Virus record (IMG/VR): IMGVR_UViG_3300031566_003932
DNA from: a virus
Direction: 5' to 3' (one strand)
DNA length: 64,000 bases
Shown here in pieces: positions 1 through 9,324 of the stretch. The notes beneath the pieces are model-generated. The model worked only from the letters and a program-made list of their open reading frames with translations. It had not been told where the DNA came from and made no database searches. The stretch's first letter is position 1, and the number at the start of each line of letters is the position of its first letter. A program made the position numbers and the translations under genes.

Positions 1-49
1 AGCCGGGCAGTAGGGGCATGTATTGTTACAGAGGCTTGAAACCTCGATG

Positions 50-706
50 CTATTTATGGTTGTTATCGGCTGCATATCTAACCAATTTCTCCCTCAATGG
101 ATGTGTCAATCTGTCCTCCGGTATCACGACTAAAATCGGGCCTGTAAGCAAAAGCTCATCAGGTGCCACAAAAACTAAATCATCCGTATATTTTTCAAAA
201 ACCTTGAGCCATTGTTCTGGGGTCTTCATGTTGATATGTGAGGGATCGGTCCCTTTGTCCAGGCATAGCGTGTGCGCCTGTATACGTCCGACTCGAAAGC
301 ATTCATTCAACACATCGTCAAGTATCGATTCATCGATGTGCTCAAGCAATGCCGAGGAGAACACCAGGTCGAATTCTTTATCCTTGTAGGGCATGTTCTG
401 AACGCTGCCCTGCCTGAGATTAGGCAATCCACTATGAAAGACTGCTATCTGGCTTATCTCGATTCCATGGACATTTTTAAAACCCCTGCTTTCCCATACC
501 CTCATGGCATGGCCCACGCCCGAGCCAAGGTCTAAGATCTTGGCCGAAAGAGGAAGGCCGGTATACATCAGAATGCGGTTGATATAATACGCCTTGGCTT
601 CGTTGGCCCATTCGGGCATGGGACTATTGATATACTGGTGCCGATACCAGCCCTTGAGATATTCCTGATCATACCAGGACCCGTCTATGAATTTTTGATT
701 ATCCAT
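50..706 (-). CDS. Class I SAM-dependent methyltransferase (Methyltransf_11-like)
   Basis: ILDLGSGVG motif I, FDLVFSSALLEHI; likely start MDNQKF at 706 overlaps the FkbM stop. Confidence 0.85.
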   Translation of the reverse strand: MDNQKFIDGSWYDQEYLKGWYRHQYINSPMPEWANEAKAYYINRILMYTGLPLSAKILDLGSGVGHAMRVWESRGFKNVHGIEISQIAVFHSGLPNLRQGSVQNMPYKDKEFDLVFSSALLEHIDESILDDVLNECFRVGRIQAHTLCLDKGTDPSHINMKTPEQWLKVFEKYTDDLVFVAPDELLLTGPILVVIPEDRLTHPLREKLVRYAADNNHK

Positions 707-1460
707 TAGCTGCCTTAAATATCTTCCACCCGGTGAAATTCCTATTATATCCCTGCATTCCGCCCTCTGTTTCACCCCGGAAAGTAAAATCGAATCCGCA
801 GTCTTTGAGAAAAGATTTCAGGATTACATTTGCCGTGTTTTGATCCGGATATCCGTATTGAGCAAATTGATCATCACTAAAAAAGCCGGGTGCGGGCGCG
901 TGTGTCTCCAGGTCCATAAACTTGACCCGCGTTAACGAATCTTTCAGGCTATCCCTCGGGCTGAAAATCTCGTATTCGCCACCCTCGATATCTACCTTGA
1001 GAACGTCAATAGTATCGAACAAAGATAGAAGATGCTCAAAGCCTATGGTCTGGGTAAAGCCTGCATTGATATGCTCATTAGGATCAAAGAAAGTTCCGTA
1101 TTGCCCGTGGTTGCTCCGGGAACTTGACCAGAATATGTTACGAGCCTCACCCGTTTTCAATGCCGCGGCCGCCCACATGGGCGTAATGACATGGCCAAAA
1201 TGATTATTATATGTGTTCTTTACCAAAGTTCTGAAATTCTCAAAGAAGGCCTCGATTGCCAGGATTCGGTTAAAGCCCTTTTCTGCTGCAAAATATAAGG
1301 TACTGCAACCGATATGAGCGCCTATTTCAAGCATAGTATCATGGGAACCGTTGAAATCTTCCATGTATCTCACACCCTCATCCAGAATCCACTGGTCGCA
1401 GTCTTGCAGTTCCATCGTGACATCACGGCTTTTGATGTGCGGGTGTGCTATGTTAAGCAT
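699..1460 (-). CDS. FkbM-family methyltransferase
   Basis: LEIGAHIG motif I and DVLKVDIEGGEYEIF signature; start overlaps the radical SAM stop. Confidence 0.85.
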   Translation of the reverse strand: MLNIAHPHIKSRDVTMELQDCDQWILDEGVRYMEDFNGSHDTMLEIGAHIGCSTLYFAAEKGFNRILAIEAFFENFRTLVKNTYNNHFGHVITPMWAAAALKTGEARNIFWSSSRSNHGQYGTFFDPNEHINAGFTQTIGFEHLLSLFDTIDVLKVDIEGGEYEIFSPRDSLKDSLTRVKFMDLETHAPAPGFFSDDQFAQYGYPDQNTANVILKSFLKDCGFDFTFRGETEGGMQGYNRNFTGWKIFKAANG

Positions 1461-2217
1461 ACATCCTCACGAGGTCCTGGTCAGTAGGTTGATTCTCCAT
1501 TTCAAACTGCGCCATAAGATCGGCGGATATCTCTTGATGACAAGTCCGACAAAGAGCATAAGGCCGGATAGGGCGACTAAGGATATCCCCATCAAACACA
1601 TTGCCAAAAACGCCGAGATTACGATAGTCAAAGCAGCAAGGCGTAATATTACCCTCAGTGAGTACATATCCTCTCCCCTCTATAAGTGGGTCGCATCGAC
1701 CCTTGAGCATGCAGTCAACCTGATTCTCAGGCTCAAGCTGCCCTGCCCAATTGTGCGTATAGATAATAGGGCCATTATTGAGCACCCCCGGAATTCCGAC
1801 CTTTAGCATGATCTGAGCTGCCTTACGCGCATGGGCGGGCGAATGCGGGGAAAGGTCAAGCTGATCCATGCCCGCATCCTTGAGGCCCTTGCAGACCTCA
1901 TAAGTCATATTTACGCCGTTAGTACACATGCAGACGCGCCGATCGCCCATGATTTCCTTGGTGCGCTTCACCCGTTTAACGAGTTGTGGATCGAGAAACG
2001 CTTCGCCATCCCCGTTCATATTGACTTCCATCTGTGTGCCACGGTTGCAAAGCTCCTGTAAAAGCTCAAGGGTCTTGTCAAATACCCGGTCTGACATGAT
2101 GCCGGGTTTCCTTGCAGGGTCTTTCACGAGCAGGCGGTTAATGCAATATTGACATTGCAAATTGCAAATGTTAGAAAGCTCAATAGTCGTTATGGTCTTG
2201 AGGGTAATCATCCCCAC
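1453..2217 (-). CDS. Radical SAM protein with C-terminal twitch/SPASM-type Fe-S domain (paralog 1)
   Basis: CNLQCQYC, GDGE, TNG, NWAGQ, C..CC..CxxC; likely start 2211 (ATGA overlap with upstream ORF). Confidence 0.9.
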   Translation of the reverse strand: MGMITLKTITTIELSNICNLQCQYCINRLLVKDPARKPGIMSDRVFDKTLELLQELCNRGTQMEVNMNGDGEAFLDPQLVKRVKRTKEIMGDRRVCMCTNGVNMTYEVCKGLKDAGMDQLDLSPHSPAHARKAAQIMLKVGIPGVLNNGPIIYTHNWAGQLEPENQVDCMLKGRCDPLIEGRGYVLTEGNITPCCFDYRNLGVFGNVFDGDILSRPIRPYALCRTCHQEISADLMAQFEMENQPTDQDLVRMYA

Positions 2218-2384
2218 CTCATAAGGCCCTTATCGTCTAAAATTTCATCGTTCAACAGATTGATGAAATGATGACAATCTGTGCAGTAAACATGATATAT
2301 GCTTTGCACCCGTAAATATTTTTTGCCATACATATTTTCAGGATATCCAGCCGTAACCCAATTTTTATGCTCACATTTTTCCAT
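2208..2384 (-). CDS. Small hypothetical Cys/His protein (58 aa, MEKCEHKNW...CTDCHH), not in ORF track
   Basis: Translated by hand; GGAGG upstream; stop overlaps radical SAM start. Confidence 0.6.
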   Translation of the reverse strand: MEKCEHKNWVTAGYPENMYGKKYLRVQSIYHVYCTDCHHFINLLNDEILDDKGLMRWG

Positions 2385-2520
2385 AAAGGAGACCTCCCAT
2401 GGGACACCTAATATTTTGCATCTTGCATATTATAGCGATTTTATTCGGTTTCATCCTGCTGTTCATAACCGTTCCACTTCATATCATTTACGCTTGCGTA
2501 CACAGAAAAAGAAAGTTAGC

Positions 2521-2835
2521 TTAAATATCGCTAGTAAGCCAATCATCGAGAAAAGGCTTCAATCCCTTTTGTATATCCAGATATAGACTTAAAGCGGAAT
2601 TCCGTTCTATTTCTAATTTATTCGGATCTGATGCAACTTTTTTAGCAAAAATCAAAGCTCGAAATTCTCCATTATCCTTTGTATCAAATTCAAACTGTCT
2701 TGTGCATTTATGGCAAAGTCGAGCAGGGTAAACGTCAAAAAGCATTCTATCTATTGCGTCCTCTGCCCCGCATTTCTCACAAGAAATGAAAACGCCATAT
2801 TTCTTAGTGATCGAAATATTGATAAAGGCCATCAC
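2521..2835 (-). CDS. Hypothetical Zn-finger-like protein (CxxC...CxxC), AT-rich
   Basis: CEKC and CHKC; GTG start overlaps portal stop. Confidence 0.6.
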   Translation of the reverse strand: MMAFINISITKKYGVFISCEKCGAEDAIDRMLFDVYPARLCHKCTRQFEFDTKDNGEFRALIFAKKVASDPNKLEIERNSALSLYLDIQKGLKPFLDDWLTSDI

Positions 2836-5054
2836 GCAAACCCCTTCTGAGGCTCAAGCCTCGGTTTTGCGCTCTCCTTGCCATTCCATTCATCAACTAT
2901 CGTGACCGGTATCAGGAGTGCGCGGCATTGAAAGTGATTCGGAGGCGTGTAACTGCCCCAGTCCTTCAAGATCCGCCCGTTGAGATGTTCGCAAATATCC
3001 GATGTCCGCTCATCCAATACCGCACTGTATTCATAGGCCAGCACAAAGCCTCTAAATTCCGGTTGCCCGAAAAGCGCCTGCCGTGCCTGGTTAAGCGCGT
3101 CAGACGTATTTGTTCGGGCAATATTCTCTAACCTGGCCGGGACGTTAATCGCCTTACCCCCCGCATCGACTTCCGGCAGCATCTGCAAGAGCGTTGTTTC
3201 CTCGCCTATGGCCTTGATGGTCTGAGGTAAGGTCTTGTCGTACTTGACGGCATTCTCAAGCACATTTTGAACGCCTTTCAAGGTATCTTGCTCCATCACG
3301 CCGGCAATCGTGAAAGCCTTGGATGCAAGAAATTTCTCAACCTGCGTCTTATCCATGCCGGGGCGAATGGTCTTGGCCTGCACCTTCTTAGGCAATTCAC
3401 GGCGGGCGAATTCATAACCATTCTCAAGCACGGTAGTCAGATTCTTTCGTATATTGCGCCTGAGATTGCCCATGATTGCCTTGCTTATTCCGATTCCGAG
3501 TAGTTCCTTGAGCTTTACATTACCGAGAGACCGCTGACCCACGATATTGATAATCTGCTTTTCTATGGATATCCGGACCTCTGCCATGCTCTGCTTGAGG
3601 TCGTCAACAAACTTGCCGTCTTGATCATCCAGGGTGCCTTTGATCGCGGTGAAATCTACTCGTTTGAGCCATGGCTTTTCGGCAAATTCCTTTCTGATAA
3701 GATCCTGCTTTTCCTTGGGTTGCGCGGAGATCCAGTTTTCTATTTCCTCATCTGAGGGTGGTTCCTCACCGGGCAGGCCCTCTACAGGTATTTCCTCCTC
3801 TGGTTCCTCTTCCTCTGCCTTCTCAGGAAATCCCATACTCTGCCTGATATGGGCCTCGTCAGTATCGCTCTTTGTTACTGCCCCTTTGCTGACGAGTTCA
3901 GCCCATTGTTTCGCTATCTCCGCTTTCTGCGTGTCGGAGATAGGCTCAAATCGAAACCAGGGGAAATCCTCTGTGCCAAAATTCCATATCGCAAGTTGTC
4001 TGAAAAGCTGCTCGTTCAAGGTTTCTTCAAGGCGCGTGGCGATGATATCCAGAATCCAGAAGAAAGATTCGAGTTGTGTCTGTGATTGGCTGTAACTGCC
4101 GGTCTTTCCTTCTTCCGATAATCCCAGGAGATTCGGGACTAGGATTGATCGCCCGATAGCACGGTTATGCAGCCCTATGGCCTTTTCAAAGGCATCGGTT
4201 CTGACAGGTTGGAAAAGATTGAGTTTTATATGATCAGGTACATGGGCAGCCATCTTTACTGAAATATTATTGATGAGATCTTCAAGATGTTCCTTGTCTC
4301 CTGGTTGCAATGATCCGTGTTGCGCCCAAATAAACCCGCTGGCATGCCGCTCAAGGAAGATATTGTAAAACCGGATCGTAATATCTTTCGACCACCAGGA
4401 GCGATAGCAGGCCCTCAGATCTGATTCGCCGTATATGCGATTGACGTCCGGTTGATGTACAAAATGAATGATCTTGGTAAGGGGTATCTCATTCCGGGCC
4501 CCCCCCACAACTTGGCTGATTTTCTCGATATTGCCATGCTCATCGAGTTGAAAGCCGCCGTTGAAAGTTTCGGCCGGCCTGAGCTTGAGATCCTTCAAGC
4601 CCCAGTATGTCTTGCTGTCATAGGTGATTGGTTGAAAGACTTTCTCGATTACAGAATAACCATTTTGGAAGGCAGAAAGTATCTCGATCAACTTGTCCGA
4701 GAAGCTGCCCCGGATCTGTTTGATTGCAAAGCCGAAGAAATCGGCCATCTCTTCATGCTCTTTGCGGGGCTCCCCATTATCATCCGTTTCAATATCGAAG
4801 TACCAGTCACGGCTTAGGACAGCATTCATTTTGAATTGCAGGGTGGGCTTGATCTGATCGTCTTTGACCATATTGCTGTAGATCTCATTCCCCTTGGTGA
4901 TCTTGAGCGTATCGGGATCATAGTCATGAAACGTACCGAGGCCATAAAGACTGGTTCTCGCTATACCAATTTCACCGGCTTTGGGGGTGCCTGCTTCTTT
5001 CTCAAGAAGATCGGGTTTCTTGAATGCTTGTAATGCTGCGCTAAGTCTGCTCAT
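2832..5054 (-). CDS. Portal protein (Mu gp29/DUF935-like) fused to Mu gpF-like minor head domain
   Basis: Follows terL; acidic linker EEEEPEEEIP; C-terminal SAVLDERTSDICEHLNG...PPNHFQCR is the MuF signature. Confidence 0.85.
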   Translation of the reverse strand: MSRLSAALQAFKKPDLLEKEAGTPKAGEIGIARTSLYGLGTFHDYDPDTLKITKGNEIYSNMVKDDQIKPTLQFKMNAVLSRDWYFDIETDDNGEPRKEHEEMADFFGFAIKQIRGSFSDKLIEILSAFQNGYSVIEKVFQPITYDSKTYWGLKDLKLRPAETFNGGFQLDEHGNIEKISQVVGGARNEIPLTKIIHFVHQPDVNRIYGESDLRACYRSWWSKDITIRFYNIFLERHASGFIWAQHGSLQPGDKEHLEDLINNISVKMAAHVPDHIKLNLFQPVRTDAFEKAIGLHNRAIGRSILVPNLLGLSEEGKTGSYSQSQTQLESFFWILDIIATRLEETLNEQLFRQLAIWNFGTEDFPWFRFEPISDTQKAEIAKQWAELVSKGAVTKSDTDEAHIRQSMGFPEKAEEEEPEEEIPVEGLPGEEPPSDEEIENWISAQPKEKQDLIRKEFAEKPWLKRVDFTAIKGTLDDQDGKFVDDLKQSMAEVRISIEKQIINIVGQRSLGNVKLKELLGIGISKAIMGNLRRNIRKNLTTVLENGYEFARRELPKKVQAKTIRPGMDKTQVEKFLASKAFTIAGVMEQDTLKGVQNVLENAVKYDKTLPQTIKAIGEETTLLQMLPEVDAGGKAINVPARLENIARTNTSDALNQARQALFGQPEFRGFVLAYEYSAVLDERTSDICEHLNGRILKDWGSYTPPNHFQCRALLIPVTIVDEWNGKESAKPRLEPQKGFA

Positions 5055-6545
5055 TTACCAATCCGCTCCGCTTGCTACAGTTTGGCCTACGCCGAAACCG
5101 CTTTCCCATTGAATGCCGACTTTCTCCCTGAGATACTTTAAGGCCATGCTCACCATATCGGCCTGATCCTTAGTTGCGGTATTCGGGAAATTCTGTAATT
5201 CAAGCTCAAACTCTGTCAACCAAGGGGCCTCTTCAGGCAAGAATACCATACCCGCTTCTATGGCCGGAGTTTCTGTGGCTAGGCGTGTGATCTTGTCGGA
5301 TTCAGGTTCAAAGGCTATCAAGGGCAGGCCCTGGACTTCCTGCAAAAGAGAAGATCCCGTTGACTTATCCTCGATTACTATGGCATTCGGCTGCTGGCCA
5401 AAGAGGGTTTGACATTTATTCACTTGCGTTGTTAGAGCCCGCTTCCCTGCCGGATAGTTAAGCCATTCCCGGAATACATCGACAAGATAGTATTGCGTAT
5501 AGGTTATAAGCCATGTACCACATACCCATGGCGAATTAGTGAGCTCATCGGCCTTTTGCGCGGTATCCCAGACCTGTAAAAACATGACCCATTGATCTTT
5601 GGAAGGTAAAATTTGATACTGCTTGAACCATCGCATTTCCACGATTGACCCCTCGAGAGGCGCCGGCCGTTGCTGTAACTGGCAGGCTACGCCATAACTG
5701 CCAAGGAAGCGCTGGGCCTCGTCATAAAAGGTTTCTCCAAAACGATCTCCCCAGTAAAACTCACCCTCTTCCTTCCGGGGATCTTCGGGCATTGCATCCT
5801 GCAGCTCGTATTTGAACGGTATCCGCACATGCACCCAATCACCGTTTCCCTTCTTAATCACATGACCGGTTAAATCGTCTTGATGTACCCGTTGCTGGAT
5901 TATGATAATGGCCGAATTATTAGGATCATTCAGGCGTGTGCTCAAGGAATTGTCAAAACTATCAAGGGCCGCCATGCGATCGGCTTCGGAGTACATGGCC
6001 TTTTTTGCATCGTGAGGGTCATCAATAATCATAATATCCGCGCCCTCGCCTGAGACTCCGCCAGACATGCCGAAGATAATTCGAGTACCGGTACCATTTA
6101 TCTCATAGCGCCGTTTTTGATTCTGGTCTGAGGTAAAGACAATCTCAGATCCCCATCTGACTTGAAACCATCGGCTTTGTACTAACCGGCGCATCTTGAC
6201 CGCATCCCTAACAGCGAGCTCTTCCTTGTGCGAGCCGGTAAGGAATTTCTTGGAAGGGTCATTGAGCCAGACCCAGGCCGGGAACATGACAGAGCAAAGG
6301 GTTGACTTCATAGAACGGTACGGGACGTTGATCACAAGCCGGGTAATCTCACCCCTATACACCCGCTCTAAGTAATCGCAGATAAGCTCGATATGCCAGT
6401 TGTGTTGATATTCCACGCCGGGCTCAATTATCGGCCAAGATTCCCGGACAAAACTGAGAAAATCCCGCCTGCACAGTTCGGAATCAACTATTTCCTGCTG
6501 TAGCAGCCTTAGTGGCAATGTCTTTAAGAATTCGGAGTTCATCAA
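5055..6545 (-). CDS. terL: Terminase large subunit
   Basis: INVPYRSMKS Walker A variant, IMIIDD Walker B, WDTA and DQADMVS nuclease motifs. Confidence 0.93.
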   Translation of the reverse strand: MMNSEFLKTLPLRLLQQEIVDSELCRRDFLSFVRESWPIIEPGVEYQHNWHIELICDYLERVYRGEITRLVINVPYRSMKSTLCSVMFPAWVWLNDPSKKFLTGSHKEELAVRDAVKMRRLVQSRWFQVRWGSEIVFTSDQNQKRRYEINGTGTRIIFGMSGGVSGEGADIMIIDDPHDAKKAMYSEADRMAALDSFDNSLSTRLNDPNNSAIIIIQQRVHQDDLTGHVIKKGNGDWVHVRIPFKYELQDAMPEDPRKEEGEFYWGDRFGETFYDEAQRFLGSYGVACQLQQRPAPLEGSIVEMRWFKQYQILPSKDQWVMFLQVWDTAQKADELTNSPWVCGTWLITYTQYYLVDVFREWLNYPAGKRALTTQVNKCQTLFGQQPNAIVIEDKSTGSSLLQEVQGLPLIAFEPESDKITRLATETPAIEAGMVFLPEEAPWLTEFELELQNFPNTATKDQADMVSMALKYLREKVGIQWESGFGVGQTVASGADW

Positions 6546-7086
6546 TGCTCAAATCTTTCAAGATTGGTTTCAAGTCAATCGGTATCGGCCCGCCATCGGG
6601 TCCGGAGGCCTCGACTGCCTTAATGTCTTTCCAGCGATCTCTACGCCGGTTCTTGAGCCAGAAGATTCCAGCGGTAGTTTCCGAAGGTATGTGCTTTGAA
6701 ACTTTTTTGGTTATTACATACTTGATTTTCTCTTTTTCCGTTTTCGGGTCAATTTGCGGGTTTTCTTCCTTGACAGCTCGCCGTGTAACTTCAGTGTAGT
6801 TATAGCCTTTGGCTCTCTTTTTCAGCGACTTCTCAATATCTCCCGTATCAAATTCATCCTTCCCCTCTTGAACCGCCTTCCCGAATTCGGGGTATTCCCT
6901 GCGCCATCGGACCAGACTATCCCTCGAAATATCTATGAGCTCACAGAACTTCACATCGGTAAAGCCCTCAGAAAAGGCAATCCGGGCTTGCCGGATATAC
7001 TCTTCTTTGAATTCGCGGGGTCTGCCTGCCTTATTGTTTTTCTGCTTGGGCGGCATATAATCCATCTCTGAAACTAGACAACACAA
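6484..7086 (-). CDS. terS: Terminase small subunit (true start probably 7056-7065)
   Basis: GRPREF N-terminal HTH, AGIFWLKNRRRDRWKD, EASGPDGGPI; directly upstream of terL. Confidence 0.85.
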   Translation of the reverse strand: MCCLVSEMDYMPPKQKNNKAGRPREFKEEYIRQARIAFSEGFTDVKFCELIDISRDSLVRWRREYPEFGKAVQEGKDEFDTGDIEKSLKKRAKGYNYTEVTRRAVKEENPQIDPKTEKEKIKYVITKKVSKHIPSETTAGIFWLKNRRRDRWKDIKAVEASGPDGGPIPIDLKPILKDLSIDELRILKDIATKAATAGNS

Positions 7087-7447
7087 TCTTTACCATTTCA
7101 AGATATTCCGCTTTTAGAAATGGCAAAGTAGGCGGTTGCAATTCTGGGAATTCCAGGAGACGAATGAGTTTGTTGAGCTGCATTTCGATAAAAGGCTTGT
7201 CAACCATGACGTTAAATCCCTCAGCAAGTGCCTTCTCGTAATTAACTGTAGAATCACCCGCCTTAAAAGCAAGTATCTTGTCAAGCCATCCATTCCAATC
7301 AGGAATCTTGGCCGGGTTGTTCTGGCCTATCAGATAACCCGCTGTCGCTGCGCTCATGTCCGCTGCTACTTCTATGGTATTGGACCCGGTTGCGCACGCG
7401 CTCAAGAAGAGTATCGCTAGGCTTAGTATCATAAGGTTTCTTTTCAT
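7031..7447 (-). CDS. Lipoprotein (possible lysis/spanin component)
   Basis: Signal peptide with lipobox LSAC. Confidence 0.65.
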   Translation of the reverse strand: MKRNLMILSLAILFLSACATGSNTIEVAADMSAATAGYLIGQNNPAKIPDWNGWLDKILAFKAGDSTVNYEKALAEGFNVMVDKPFIEMQLNKLIRLLEFPELQPPTLPFLKAEYLEMVKIVLSSFRDGLYAAQAEKQ

Positions 7448-7514
7448 TCTCCAATGCCTTATCTATAAGTTTGATTGCCGCGTATTCGGCTATTTTCCAA
7501 AAAAGACCGACCAT
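7299..7514 (-). CDS. Small hypothetical protein overlapping the lipoprotein 5' end
   Basis: GAGG SD and start coupled to the holin-like stop. Confidence 0.4.
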   Translation of the reverse strand: MVGLFWKIAEYAAIKLIDKALENEKKPYDTKPSDTLLERVRNRVQYHRSSSGHERSDSGLSDRPEQPGQDS

Positions 7515-7687
7515 TATTCCCTCGGTTGGTCTTTGCTGAAAATTAAGAGGAGGGCATAGAAAGCAGCCGCTAGGGTTGCTAACTTCTCGGGATCAATCTG
7601 AAAACCCCAATAGCCTACCACAACCACAATCGCCGGTATGACAGCGGCAATACTGGTTTTCCAGTTTTTGATAATTCGGTCTAACAT
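7514..7687 (-). CDS. Putative holin (57 aa, two hydrophobic segments), not in ORF track
   Basis: MLDRIIKNWKTSIAAVIPAIVVVVGYWGFQIDPEKLATLAAAFYALLLIFSKDQPRE; GGAG SD. Confidence 0.6.
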   Translation of the reverse strand: MLDRIIKNWKTSIAAVIPAIVVVVGYWGFQIDPEKLATLAAAFYALLLIFSKDQPRE

Positions 7688-7750
7688 TTTAAATCTCCTC
7701 TTGTTTAAGGTTATTCGATCCTATCCACCAAGCCCCGGGCCTTGATGTAA

Positions 7751-8611
7751 TCATTCGCCTCCGTTTTTATTCTTTTTCTTTGCCTCTATTTCCGATTCCC
7801 TCAACTCTAAGCACTTGCTCTCTGTCAACTTTGAATCGAAAAGAAAATCATAATGCTCAGTTTCCAACCATTCATAAATCCGACTTATGGGAATAAACAA
7901 ACCCATGTGAGTAATGACTGTGCCCCAACCGACAACAGGGACTAAAGAGGGAATGCCGATGAATTCTCCCTGTGCGTTAAACATGGCACCCCCTGAATTC
8001 CCATAAATAATCTGGCTTGAACTCATGTGGTAAGGGAGGGATTCAATCTGGAAATTCTTGCGAGTAATTACTCCCACGGTAGGTAAAGGGGGAAACCCCA
8101 AAGAACAGCCAACAGCGATGCTTTCATCCATAACAAGTACACTGTCTGTATCCTCTTTGTTGGGAAGTATTGCACGATGAATAACTGACTCCTCGGTTCT
8201 TAACTTCAAAAGGGCCAAATCGTTGTCTTTGCTGTAAAGAACAATATCGGCCTCAACCTTCAGGGTGCCAATAGGAGTGCTAATGTCACGATATTTGAAG
8301 ATTTCAACATAAACAATTGCCCGTTTCTCGCGTTTAACATTTTTCTGTACATCAGTATCCCATTCATCTGTAATGCTGATAGCACCTTCAATCACATGAT
8401 GATTAGTAAGTACATAAGTTGAATAGCCCATCTTGCCTGTTTGAAGATACGAATAAACCACAGTGCCGGAACCTCCGACATTACCCTCCGTTACCCTCAC
8501 GACAGGGTAGATGAATTTCTCGTGGGCCTGGATGGCCGTTAGCGCAAATGCTGAAACTGCAAATACGAGAATCACCCCCAGGACCAGAAATGCGGAAATG
8601 ATTCGTTTCAT
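7751..8611 (-). CDS. Secreted trypsin-like (S1) serine protease
   Basis: Signal peptide; triad motifs LTNHHV, DLALLK, GNSGG. Confidence 0.88.
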   Translation of the reverse strand: MKRIISAFLVLGVILVFAVSAFALTAIQAHEKFIYPVVRVTEGNVGGSGTVVYSYLQTGKMGYSTYVLTNHHVIEGAISITDEWDTDVQKNVKREKRAIVYVEIFKYRDISTPIGTLKVEADIVLYSKDNDLALLKLRTEESVIHRAILPNKEDTDSVLVMDESIAVGCSLGFPPLPTVGVITRKNFQIESLPYHMSSSQIIYGNSGGAMFNAQGEFIGIPSLVPVVGWGTVITHMGLFIPISRIYEWLETEHYDFLFDSKLTESKCLELRESEIEAKKKNKNGGE

Positions 8612-8619
8612 GTTAATCT

Positions 8620-9030
8620 CCTTGGTTAAGGGTTGTGGGGCGTGACAGGGTATCCCCTGCGTATTAGGCCCGTTCGCGAGCTACACGCCCCGTAAAATGG
8701 GCTACAATGGGCTGGGTTCCACCGACTTGCGTGTGCCCAATCATCCGCAAGCTCGTTTACCATTGGGTAAACTCATCATTGTAGTCCATATCTGGTTCAG
8801 AACTCAGGCTTCCACCCCTATTAAGGCCACCTACCACCAGAATCAAATATATGAGGCGTTATCTCTGGGCTTTCGCTTGCACTCCGTTCGATCCTTCGTC
8901 CGGGCTCCCCAAAATGGCCCGCGCCGCCTGATTCGATTAGCGGGTTGAGCAACCATAAGATTGACTCGCGCTGCCGTCCGGCTCCAATCAGTCCGTTGCC
9001 CAGTCTCACCCCAACTCGAAAACATGGGGG
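8620..9030 (-). ncRNA. Candidate structured ncRNA, about 410 nt, family unknown
   Basis: No credible ORF; multiple nested helices (see findings). Confidence 0.5.
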
Positions 9031-9033
9031 GAA

Positions 9034-9324
9034 TTATTCTCCAAAACTGTAATGGTTTCCGTCATCCCAGCGACCACCCCATGTACCACCAAGACTTTCC
9101 CAAAATTTACCTAATGGAAGATGATCCCCGGTTGTAGTCAAGTAGGTTCCATCCTTGAACAGGTTGAGGTCTATGGCGAGGCGCTGGTAGTGAAAACTCT
9201 TATTTTTATGGCCTGTGATTGCATAAGCATCGCCAAAGGTCACTTCATAGCCCTGCTCATAAGCAAACAGAAGCAGGAGGGCGATCATATGAGCAAATTT
9301 TGATTGTTTCTGGCGTAGGGTCAC
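9034..9324 (-). CDS. Peptidase M15-family endolysin
   Basis: SFHYQRLAIDL (SxHxxxxAxD) and WDDGNHYS Zn-ligand motifs. Confidence 0.85.
   Translation of the reverse strand: MTLRQKQSKFAHMIALLLLFAYEQGYEVTFGDAYAITGHKNKSFHYQRLAIDLNLFKDGTYLTTTGDHLPLGKFWESLGGTWGGRWDDGNHYSFGE

Noticed and set aside
8637-8691. tRNA gene (GGGGCGTGTAGCTC...CACGCCCCA)
   Set aside because: Only about 55 nt, no T-loop or anticodon arm; kept as part of the ncRNA candidate
8822-8830. 9-nt complementarity between the ncRNA candidate and the protease leader (43710-43718)
   Set aside because: A 9-mer match between regions of this size is plausible by chance
8620-9030. Group I intron or hammerhead ribozyme
   Set aside because: No CUGAUGA/GAAA core and no P7 R/S arrangement found; no interrupted gene
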